A stretch of 64,000 nt of DNA from an uncultured Bacteroidota bacterium (GTDB lineage Bacteria > Bacteroidota > Bacteroidia > NS11-12g > UBA9320): NCBI GenBank assembly GCA_913050005.1, contig CAJXBI010000004.1, positions 3,116 through 67,115 on the forward strand, written 5' to 3'. The notes beneath the pieces are model-generated. The model saw only the letters and a program-made list of their open reading frames with translations, ran no database searches and was not told the DNA's origin. The position numbers were made by a program, and so were the translations under genes. Below are positions 10,223-18,945 of the stretch, piece by piece. The first letter of the stretch is position 1; each line of letters opens with the position of its first letter.

Positions 10223-12655
10223 CTAATTAATTATGATCTTTTTGGAGAAAAAACCATCCGAAAAAAGCATATAAACGCCACTTGGAATTTCTTTGATGTT
10301 AAGAGTCTTTTTGGCTCTTGAATCAATTTTAAAATCAATAATATTTTGACCAAAAGAGTTTATTATTGATAAATTTAATGGACGACTAGTAGAATTAAAA
10401 AATTTCAATTCTGTATTTGCTGGGTTGGGCCCAATTGAAAGCTTTTCGTTAATGTTATTTTTTTCAATATTATTAGTAAATCCAAGTGTTTCCTCAACTT
10501 TAGAACACACAGTGTTTGTAATATTAGGCTCTTCAAACCAACCGTCAGAGTATGAAAGATATATTAAAGCCGTATTACAAACCTCCTGTCCTACATTTAG
10601 CATTCCTGGTAGTGTATGGATAGTGTAATCTGCAAATGCTTTAGAAGATTCTTCATTAGCATTATGTGATTCAAGATTAATATTTTTCCATCGAGTAATT
10701 AATTTAGTTCTGTATTCCCCGTTTATGTTTTTTGAATATTCATAAGTTGTAATTGGCTTAGATTCAGAGTGACTAGTTGTGATAGCTATTCCTTGCTGGC
10801 TAACAATAATATTTGGATCTAATTCATCAACAAGTGTTATTCCAACAACTTTCTGTTCTGTTGTATTTTGAATTCCTATCTTATACTTAATCTCATGTTC
10901 ATTAGAACTAATATTATCTCCATTAAAACAGTACTTTTTGTTTGGTAATGTAGCACCCTCATGGTATGTTAATTCAGTTGAATTATTAGACAAGTCTTGA
11001 TCAATATTTTTATTCAAATTAACAGTAGACTGAATAACTAGATCTTCTAAATCTTTAACATTACAAGTAATTTCAAAAGAAAGAGATTCATTAGTACTTA
11101 AATCGATGGAATATGTGATTACATTATTATTGAAGTTTTGGAATGGAATCTGACTAGAAATCAGGTCAAAACTTTGACCCAGATTAATTTTTAATTCTGC
11201 ATTTGTAATTGGCTGACTTCCTATATTATTTACATTAATACTAAGGCTTCTTTGGTCACCTAATACGGCAGTTAAACTCTGTTTGTCAGAGACATTGACA
11301 GCAGCATCTGAAACCCCAACTTTTTGATTAACTCCTAAAGCAGTTCCGTAGTAGGTTTTGTTTTTATTAGCTTGAATAATAACATCTGGACACGTAGGAG
11401 TGTAATATTGGAATTCTTCTGCATTTATATTGTAGATATTCTTATCGACATGTAGATATAACTGACCGCTATTATCCGTTTGAAAACGCATATTAATATT
11501 ATTTATTTTAATCGGATAGTTAGAAAGCCACGGCTCGTCAGCCTCCTTTTTACAATTTGAATTTTTATCTTCAAATACCCTTGCTGTAAGCTGTGCCCTA
11601 TCTGTAAATACTTCGCCGATAAAATTTAATTTTGAATTATCTGTAAAATCCCCAGACAATATCACACTTTCTTTCCATGAGTATAGTTGCTTAATGTCAC
11701 TTAAATTTAGCGTAGTTGGTTGCCATTTTTTATTGGCATAGACCAGTAAATTGTAGTTTTCTTTAATGATTGTATCAGTAAAATTACCCAAGGCAAATAA
11801 ATTATCATTTAATTCTGCAAATTGCTCAACTTCCTCAATCGTAATATTTGTTAATCCCGTAGAAATATCTTGCCAAGTACCACTTCTATTAATTTTAAAT
11901 TTTGATGTTGTGAAATTAGATTTACCATAAATAACCACATCATCATTGTAACGTCCAAGGGTTATATTTTCTCCTAAAAACGGTGGATAATTTGCTGGTT
12001 TCCATGACAAACCATCCCATGTTACTAATGAAATATTGCTAGTTGACGGACTGTTAAAATTTCCTGTAGCATATAATACTTTATCAAGATATATAGCACT
12101 TTTAAATGTATCGTTAAGCGATGTATTTGTAATAGTATTTCCCTCTGGTAACCAATTACCATCTTTAAGGCTGAGGATGTTGTGAATTGTGGTATTGGTT
12201 GAGAATTTACCAAGACATTTCACTTCATTATCCTCAACAAAAAACTGCTTTAATGATAACGCCTCATTTATTGTAGGGTTTGAAATATCTGCCCACTTGT
12301 TATTATCCCATTCTAAAATTAAGTTTTTATCTGTCGGATTACTTCTATTTTCATAACCAATAGCTAAGTATATTTTCTCATTGAGAGATAATAAATCAAT
12401 AATCTTGAACTCACCGTCAGTTTTTATACCTGTCCTTGGAATGTTTGGTGTATTTATCTTATTCCAAAAATGACCGTTCCAAATTTGTAACTCAATATTA
12501 CCTTCTCGATCGTCGTAGGCCACCACTATACCGTCCTTATATTCTACTATTTTATCGGGCACATAGGGTAATCCGAGACCCATTGGGCTCAATATTTGAC
12601 CATACATAAGATTTCCGATCAAAATAAATATGATATTTAACACTAATTTATTCAT
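10223..12655 (-). CDS. Secreted T9SS cargo protein: propeller-like N-terminal repeats, CARDB/DUF11-like middle, Por C-terminal sorting domain
   Basis: 810 aa. Signal peptide, then six ~50-aa repeats each with a W..(D/N)G..W-type motif. C-terminal 'LSIGPNPANTELKFF...SGVYML...' is a T9SS CTD pattern. Confidence 0.7.
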   Translation of the reverse strand: MNKLVLNIIFILIGNLMYGQILSPMGLGLPYVPDKIVEYKDGIVVAYDDREGNIELQIWNGHFWNKINTPNIPRTGIKTDGEFKIIDLLSLNEKIYLAIGYENRSNPTDKNLILEWDNNKWADISNPTINEALSLKQFFVEDNEVKCLGKFSTNTTIHNILSLKDGNWLPEGNTITNTSLNDTFKSAIYLDKVLYATGNFNSPSTSNISLVTWDGLSWKPANYPPFLGENITLGRYNDDVVIYGKSNFTTSKFKINRSGTWQDISTGLTNITIEEVEQFAELNDNLFALGNFTDTIIKENYNLLVYANKKWQPTTLNLSDIKQLYSWKESVILSGDFTDNSKLNFIGEVFTDRAQLTARVFEDKNSNCKKEADEPWLSNYPIKINNINMRFQTDNSGQLYLHVDKNIYNINAEEFQYYTPTCPDVIIQANKNKTYYGTALGVNQKVGVSDAAVNVSDKQSLTAVLGDQRSLSINVNNIGSQPITNAELKINLGQSFDLISSQIPFQNFNNNVITYSIDLSTNESLSFEITCNVKDLEDLVIQSTVNLNKNIDQDLSNNSTELTYHEGATLPNKKYCFNGDNISSNEHEIKYKIGIQNTTEQKVVGITLVDELDPNIIVSQQGIAITTSHSESKPITTYEYSKNINGEYRTKLITRWKNINLESHNANEESSKAFADYTIHTLPGMLNVGQEVCNTALIYLSYSDGWFEEPNITNTVCSKVEETLGFTNNIEKNNINEKLSIGPNPANTELKFFNSTSRPLNLSIINSFGQNIIDFKIDSRAKKTLNIKEIPSGVYMLFSDGFFSKKIIIN

Positions 12656-13892
12656 TCTTAAAAATTTTAATGTTAGTGATAAAGTTTATGCCATAAGAGT
12701 ATGGTCTAGTTTTAAGTGCAGACGTTTTAGCGTTGTTAAGAGAGTTTATATTGATCGAATAACTGGGCTCAAGTCCAACGTTAAACCTTGGCTTGTTGAA
12801 GTATAATCCAGATTTAATTGTTGTAGCTATATTATGTTTGTTAAATTTCAAATCTGATAAATCTTCTAATTGCAAGTTTAAGAAATTACCTTTCCTACCA
12901 TTTAATTTTGTTAGTGATAAAAATGACAATCCAAACTGAGTGCGAATTTCAAAGTTACTCGAAATAGGTTGTTTGATTCCTATATTAAGCGGGATCTCAA
13001 TAAAATGATACAAATTTGACCCAACATGGTTTACTTTTTTATAAGCAAGGGGGTTCAGTGGAGCGTAGTCAGTTATTTCGCCATTCGTTATAATAGGAAA
13101 ATCCGTAATTGTGTATTTATAGTTTAGATATTCAGCTCGTTGCGTTAAATAAAGGCCGCCTGAGATAAATATTTTAGGACTAATATGGTATGATAGATTA
13201 AATCCAAAGTTATTAGCAAAAGAGGATTTTTCTTGGTTTCCAATATACCGGTCATAGTTTCGATTAATCAACCCAGAAAGACTATTGTTCTTTTGAGTAA
13301 TTTTATTAGAAAGACTTGGAGTAAATACTATACCATATTCCCAACTTTTAACAAACGGTTTAGGGTTATTTGATTCCGCTATTTTTGAATTTTGTTTCAA
13401 GGAAATCTTTTCAAAATTGATCACCGTTTGAGTTTGATTAATTTTATTTATTGGCTTTAATTTAGTATTTACGATTAACTCATTGTAATTGTTAGTTATT
13501 ACTAGGTTATTTTCTTTCGTTGCTACAATCTCTTGATCATTATTGTTAACTGTTCGTATTTTGTAATTTTTTTCTAAACCAGTGCTTTTGTTGTTTAAAT
13601 TGGTCTTGCTTGGTTTGTCAATTTCTTGAGCTTGCGATTGATCTTTTATATTATCGTAGGCCTTTTCTTTCTTTTCTAACCCTTCTACGGAGGAGTTAAT
13701 GCTAACTATGTGGCTTATTATAAAAGCAGAAAATATTATAGCAACAGAGGACCATAAGACGATTAATCGCCTTTTTCTCTTTTTTAATCTGTGTTCAATA
13801 GTGTCCCAATCAGAGCTTTGTATTGTATTATTAAAATACACTTCAGCTGCTGCCTTTTTTAGAACATTATCAATTTGCTTTAATTTATTCAA
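12648..13892 (-). CDS. Membrane-anchored protein with C-terminal outer-membrane beta-barrel-like domain (anti-sigma position)
   Basis: 414 aa. A 42-aa N-terminus ending 'RLKKRKRR', then TM 'LIVLWSSVAIIFSAFIISHIV', then an N/K/Q-rich linker. The C-terminal ~230 aa has alternating-hydrophobic strands and ends '...YGINFITNIKIFKNE'. Confidence 0.5.
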   Translation of the reverse strand: MNKLKQIDNVLKKAAAEVYFNNTIQSSDWDTIEHRLKKRKRRLIVLWSSVAIIFSAFIISHIVSINSSVEGLEKKEKAYDNIKDQSQAQEIDKPSKTNLNNKSTGLEKNYKIRTVNNNDQEIVATKENNLVITNNYNELIVNTKLKPINKINQTQTVINFEKISLKQNSKIAESNNPKPFVKSWEYGIVFTPSLSNKITQKNNSLSGLINRNYDRYIGNQEKSSFANNFGFNLSYHISPKIFISGGLYLTQRAEYLNYKYTITDFPIITNGEITDYAPLNPLAYKKVNHVGSNLYHFIEIPLNIGIKQPISSNFEIRTQFGLSFLSLTKLNGRKGNFLNLQLEDLSDLKFNKHNIATTIKSGLYFNKPRFNVGLEPSYSININSLNNAKTSALKTRPYSYGINFITNIKIFKNE

Positions 13893-13900
13893 TCTAACTT

Positions 13901-14434
13901 TTATTTTTTACGCTTTAGTTTAGCGTTTAACAACGAACGCCCTCTAGAAAGTCTACTTTTTGATGATCCCTCAGAAATTCCTAGTCTTTCACCTATTTCT
14001 TTATGAGATAGTCCGTCTATGGCATACATGTTTAACACTATTTTATATATTTCAGGAAGTTCATTTAATGCTTTAATGACTATTTTGGCTTCTATGTTCT
14101 CACCTATGGGTTCTTCATCAAAATCTGCTTTTTCAAACTTTGTATCAAACTCGTAGTGGTTGTATTTATTTCTTCCTATACGATTTCGATTTAAGGCTAT
14201 GTTTATAAATATCCTGGTCATCCATGTATCTATTTTACTATTTCCTTTAAAAGATTTTATGCTGGTTAATACCTTGTAGTATCCGTCTTGCAATAGATCT
14301 TTTGCATCTTCTTGGTTTTTACAATACCTCATACACACTGCCATCATCTTATTGGCATACTTTTCAAAGAGCATTTTTTGTGCAGATCGATCGTGTTCCT
14401 TACATCTTCGTATAAGTTCTTCTTCACTTATCAA
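13901..14434 (-). CDS. ECF-type RNA polymerase sigma-70 factor
   Basis: 177 aa. Region 2 'DAKDLLQDGYYKV'. Region 4 HTH 'LSHKEIGERLGISEGSSKSRLSRGR'. Confidence 0.9.
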   Translation of the reverse strand: MISEEELIRRCKEHDRSAQKMLFEKYANKMMAVCMRYCKNQEDAKDLLQDGYYKVLTSIKSFKGNSKIDTWMTRIFINIALNRNRIGRNKYNHYEFDTKFEKADFDEEPIGENIEAKIVIKALNELPEIYKIVLNMYAIDGLSHKEIGERLGISEGSSKSRLSRGRSLLNAKLKRKK

Positions 14435-14488
14435 TTTGCGTATGTATTAATATTAGACACTTTTTAGAGGGATAGGTTGCAATAGAAC

Positions 14489-14522
14489 AAAAAAAAAGCT
14501 CTCCATTTGGAGAGCTTTTTTT
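14489..14522 (-). terminator. Rho-independent terminator of the 1396-aa adhesin gene (A-run/hairpin/T-run, bidirectional shape)
   Basis: aaaaaaaaaGCTCTCCatttGGAGAGCttttttt, located 17 nt downstream of the stop at 14539. Confidence 0.75.
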
Positions 14523-14538
14523 ATTTAGAAATAAATTC

Positions 14539-17500
14539 TTAGTTATTCAAGATAATTTTCTTGGTAATAATTGCTCCGTTTAGATTCATCTTAACGTAGT
14601 ACATTCCATTTGTATTTCCTTGAAGGTTCACTGAGAATCTTCCGTTATTTACTTTTCCATCAACTACTGATGCAACTTGCTGACCCATTGTGTTGAAGAT
14701 CGATATTGTTACTTCTTCATTCTCTGGTAGATTAACACTAATGTTAACTGGACCATTTGTTGGGTTTGGTGATATGTTTATCATATCCTCCAATGCTAAA
14801 TCACTTATACCATTTACTAGTACTTGATGATCATAATCTACATCAAAATATAAAGTAAACTCACTAGACTTGTTTCCTGAGTTATCTTCTGTCATGAATA
14901 TTACTGAATATAATCCAGCTTCTTGTAAGTTTAGGTCATTAAATATGAGTGTGTGATTTAATCTTAAATCTGCTGGTGCATCGTAATTATCAGTGAAATT
15001 CACGAAATTAATTGCATCCATTGTTGATCCAACCCCTACTTTTACTATACCTCCTGTTTTGCCTGTTATTACTGGTGCAATGTCATCTATCACATTTACT
15101 GTTCTAACTTTTACAGACACATTTCCTGCAGCATCAGTTGCCGTGTAAGTGTCTTGGTATGTTCCAAGCGTATACGCATCAACATTTGATGTACTAGTTA
15201 TACTTACTTGAGTGTTATCATACAGATTGTCAGAAGCGTTAGCACTAACTGGTGTATATGGAGTATTTACTCTGTGGTTTACTACATCTAAGGTACGTAA
15301 ATCAATCATCGGTGGTATAAAATCTCTAACAACATAATCGATACACTGATTTGCAATGTTTCCACTTTCATCCGTTGCAGTATATGTAACTGTTGTTGTT
15401 CCTTGGAATCGAGTATCTACAGATGCTCCTCCGTTACTTGCAGCTGGATTTGCTGTAAACAATAATCCATTTCCAATACTATTATAGTTATCATTTGCCG
15501 AAGTTACATCAGCAAATATATTTTGTAGTTGAACTTTAACTGTCCAGCATACTGTAGACTTATCTGCATTTGGATTATCAATTACAGGAACTTGCGTGTC
15601 TACAACTCTTACTATTCTTGAAGTAGAAGATGAATTACCTTGATTATCACTAATGCTGTACGTAATTGTATAATCACCGAGCGTGTTTACGTCTACATCA
15701 CCACTTACAACTATAGCATTTGATATATTACCTTCTTTATTGTCAATTGCTAAAGCAGGTAAATCTATCCATGTTGTTCCTACTTCGATAGTAGTATCTA
15801 CCGCTCCTGTAACTGTAATTACTGGTGCAGTTTGGTCAGATACCACATATACTACTCGAGTTACTGGCAATGCCTCATTACCTGATGCATCTACAGCAAA
15901 GTAATTCTCATAATATATACCTGGTAATGTTTGATCAACATCTGAAGATACCGTTATGCTGTTTGTTATGTCTCCTTGAGACGGATCATTAGCCGTAGCT
16001 CCAGGTGATACATAATTTACATCTAATTGCGAAGCAACCTGTTCTATATACAAGGTGTCTGCATCAATTAGTGTAATTGTAGGCATATCTCCGTCATTTA
16101 CAACTTGTATTGCATAATCTTCAAATTCACCAATTCTATTTGCATTTGCATTTGTTGTTGCACCGCAAGGTAAATTATCATCAGATCCATATGAAACACC
16201 AACTCTCATTAAGGTCTTAGATGCAAATGCTTGTTCTATAGTTGGAACAGTAAATGTTCCTGTCCAACTTAATGTGTTAGCACTACTTTCTTGTCCTACT
16301 AATTCTCCAGCATCATCAAAGTCTCCGTCAACATTCCAATCTATCCAAACTTTTCTGTTCATGGCATTGACATTTGTATTTCTTTTTATAGTAAAGTCAT
16401 ACTGACCTCCGAAATTTACTGATGTTGTACCTAAGCCTGTATAGTCAGTATATTCATAACCCGCACCTGATGCACTAGTATTTTCAAACTTACTTCCAGT
16501 GTTAGGGTCTGTAATACTAACATAATTGATTCCGACGTCATCAGATGTTGTTACTCCAATTACTGGCGTACAATGTGATACAACTATTACATATGAAGTT
16601 TTTACTACAGTTGCCTCTGACGCTGCTGAATCAACACTATTATATCCCTTAAGTTGAACAGTGTATGTACCTGCAGTATTAAATTTGAATGATCTTTCTT
16701 TTAAATTATTTGCTGCAGGAGCATTGGCAGTTACATCTGAACCGTTATTTGGGAAGAAAGTCCATTCCCAATTATTTGCTTTATCACTTTGTGCTGTGAA
16801 GACCACATCTCCACCTAAAGCCGGTCTTTGTGTATTAGCAACAAAATCTAAGTTTGTTGGTGTATTTGGTGCAACCACTGTAAATGTTTTCTTTATAGTG
16901 CTTGATCTACCATCACATGCAATTACCTTAAGTTCTAAAGTATACACTCCATTAGTTAAAAATGTATAACTAAAGTCACGTGTAGAAGCTGAACTATTTT
17001 CTGGACCAGATAATGTCCATTCAAATCTTGTACTACCTTCAGCATTATCTGATGTATTACCGAAATCAGTTTTCACTGCGTTGTAAAGTGTTGTAGATGG
17101 GTAGCTATATCCTGCTATAGGCGCAGCAGCTGTTCCTGCAACACTAGACCAATTTGCTGCAAAACCAGCAGCTGTAGTCCCAGTATTTGATTGCCAAAGT
17201 AGATACATAGCCCCACTATTTGCAGTAATTGTTCCAGTTGGAGCATTACCGTCTGTAAATCCATTTCCTGTATGTAAAGGAGTTCCTAATGCGTTTACCC
17301 CATCATAAATTTTCAGAGTTGCGTTAGCATTTAGATTAAATGATGTGAAATCAAGAGAAACACTTGCTGCTCCACATGGAGCGATCAATGCTTCTGTAAC
17401 TTTATTATTTCCGTAATTACCTGAAGGTCCTCCATCGTCATAAATAACTCCTGAGGAAACTGCTATAACGTTTGCTGGCAAAGATGTACCTGGGCCCATA

Positions 17501-18729
17501 TTGTAGCTTGAACGTTGAATGGTAACATATTTATCTTTTTTTCTTGTGTTACCAGCTCCAATGATATTAGATGCAGTCAAATAAACGTCATACACACCGA
17601 TTGGAATTGCTCCCATGAAATTACCAGTTATTACTTGTGGATTTTTATTAACAAATGGATCACCACCTCTTAGAACAGCAATATCGTCACCATCGATTGT
17701 ATCGTTAGTACTTGTATTTACAAACATCCAATTCCAGTATGTTGCACCATTAGTACTTAAGTCAGTTAATTGGACATTATCAAATATTTCATATACACTC
17801 TTATCAGCAATATAATCTGAAACTGGAGGAGCAGTAGGCGTAACAATTGAAATTGATTTAGTTATTGAGTCAGCGCCATTACAATTTTTACTCACTAATT
17901 TTACATCATATGAATTAGCAGTTGCAAATACATGTGTAACGTTCGTTGAATTATATGTAGTTCCGTCCATTGACCAATCATGGGAAATGTAACCTGACTT
18001 ATTCATATTATTGAAATTTATTGGAGTACCAACGTAACCAACACTTGGACTAACAAAGTTTGCGACAGTTGAAGTCGGTGAAACATAGTCACAAGCATAA
18101 TCCTCAGTCTCACCATAATACATGTTTTGAGAATGACTAAATTGATTGATGTTTCTGTATTGGTATTCTGATCTTATACGCAATCTAACAGTTCCTGAAG
18201 TTCCGCCACAAGGTACTGTGAAGTTGAAGCTTCTAGTAGAATTATTAGCTATTGATACCCCGTTAGGAGAAACCCACTCACCAGCATCCGCAAAATCCTT
18301 ATCTCCATTATAATCAATCCAAACTCCTACATTAGTTCTGTACCCTTGGTAAGCTTGCGCTGGAGTACCTGCACCTATTGTCATTTTGTATGTTGAACCA
18401 GCACTTAAATCAAAAGCCGACGCAGCTTCAATTACATTGTAATGAGCTGGACCATTGTTTGCATTTGGGTTTTCATTACACCCGTCAGCAGATTTTGCAT
18501 AAATTACATTTCCATTGAGATCCTCAATAATAACTTGATTGATGTAACCATACCTGTAATAAGTTTGTGCTACATTTCCTCTATTGTATTGGCATCCGTA
18601 TGTATGGGTTGCCTTTGTATAGGTGGCTTGAGCTTCTGCTCCAAAAGTTAAAAGCAGCAAAGATAAGAATATTAAACCCTTGCTAATCAGGCTTTTGAGA
18701 GCCAATGATTGTGTATTTGTTTTTACCAT
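14539..18729 (-). CDS. Giant mosaic T9SS surface protein (2x GEVED, PKD-like, CUB-like, Ig-like/HYR-type repeats, Por CTD)
   Basis: 1396 aa. Signal peptide. 'GETEDYACDY' and 'GEFEDYAIQV' GEVED ends. CUB-like 'LKIYDG...MYLLWQSN'. Repeated 'D.TAPVIT...' Ig-like modules. C-terminal 'ISPNPTNGPVNISV...GMYYVKM'. Confidence 0.8.
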   Translation of the reverse strand: MVKTNTQSLALKSLISKGLIFLSLLLLTFGAEAQATYTKATHTYGCQYNRGNVAQTYYRYGYINQVIIEDLNGNVIYAKSADGCNENPNANNGPAHYNVIEAASAFDLSAGSTYKMTIGAGTPAQAYQGYRTNVGVWIDYNGDKDFADAGEWVSPNGVSIANNSTRSFNFTVPCGGTSGTVRLRIRSEYQYRNINQFSHSQNMYYGETEDYACDYVSPTSTVANFVSPSVGYVGTPINFNNMNKSGYISHDWSMDGTTYNSTNVTHVFATANSYDVKLVSKNCNGADSITKSISIVTPTAPPVSDYIADKSVYEIFDNVQLTDLSTNGATYWNWMFVNTSTNDTIDGDDIAVLRGGDPFVNKNPQVITGNFMGAIPIGVYDVYLTASNIIGAGNTRKKDKYVTIQRSSYNMGPGTSLPANVIAVSSGVIYDDGGPSGNYGNNKVTEALIAPCGAASVSLDFTSFNLNANATLKIYDGVNALGTPLHTGNGFTDGNAPTGTITANSGAMYLLWQSNTGTTAAGFAANWSSVAGTAAAPIAGYSYPSTTLYNAVKTDFGNTSDNAEGSTRFEWTLSGPENSSASTRDFSYTFLTNGVYTLELKVIACDGRSSTIKKTFTVVAPNTPTNLDFVANTQRPALGGDVVFTAQSDKANNWEWTFFPNNGSDVTANAPAANNLKERSFKFNTAGTYTVQLKGYNSVDSAASEATVVKTSYVIVVSHCTPVIGVTTSDDVGINYVSITDPNTGSKFENTSASGAGYEYTDYTGLGTTSVNFGGQYDFTIKRNTNVNAMNRKVWIDWNVDGDFDDAGELVGQESSANTLSWTGTFTVPTIEQAFASKTLMRVGVSYGSDDNLPCGATTNANANRIGEFEDYAIQVVNDGDMPTITLIDADTLYIEQVASQLDVNYVSPGATANDPSQGDITNSITVSSDVDQTLPGIYYENYFAVDASGNEALPVTRVVYVVSDQTAPVITVTGAVDTTIEVGTTWIDLPALAIDNKEGNISNAIVVSGDVDVNTLGDYTITYSISDNQGNSSSTSRIVRVVDTQVPVIDNPNADKSTVCWTVKVQLQNIFADVTSANDNYNSIGNGLLFTANPAASNGGASVDTRFQGTTTVTYTATDESGNIANQCIDYVVRDFIPPMIDLRTLDVVNHRVNTPYTPVSANASDNLYDNTQVSITSTSNVDAYTLGTYQDTYTATDAAGNVSVKVRTVNVIDDIAPVITGKTGGIVKVGVGSTMDAINFVNFTDNYDAPADLRLNHTLIFNDLNLQEAGLYSVIFMTEDNSGNKSSEFTLYFDVDYDHQVLVNGISDLALEDMINISPNPTNGPVNISVNLPENEEVTISIFNTMGQQVASVVDGKVNNGRFSVNLQGNTNGMYYVKMNLNGAIITKKIILNN

Positions 18730-18768
18730 AATAATTAATTTGTTACGTTCTTAAAATAATTTGAATTT

Positions 18769-18776
18769 CAAATATA
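18769..18776 (-). promoter_or_regulatory. Possible Bacteroidota -7 promoter box (TAnnTTTG) for the 1396-aa gene
   Basis: The minus strand reads TATATTTG about 40 nt upstream of the ATG at 18729. No clear -33 element. Confidence 0.25.
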
Positions 18777-18902
18777 CATAATTAGACACGCTTTTTTTGA
18801 ATAGTTGCAAAAAAAATTATTAAAAAATTTTACTATTTGATAAACTTATATAAACTTGTTTTATAAATATATTTAATATTCTTTTAAGTTTAGTGTATTA
18901 GA

Positions 18903-18922
18903 AATACAAATACTTTTGTATT
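18903..18922. promoter_or_regulatory. Inverted repeat AATACAAA-tact-TTTGTATT overlapping a TAnnTTTG box (18911-18918) upstream of the helicase-nuclease gene
   Basis: Perfect 8-bp arms with a 4-nt spacer, ending 24 nt before ATG 18946. TACTTTTG matches the Bacteroidota -7 consensus. Confidence 0.3.
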
Positions 18923-18945
18923 AATCCCTAAATTCAAATTATATT

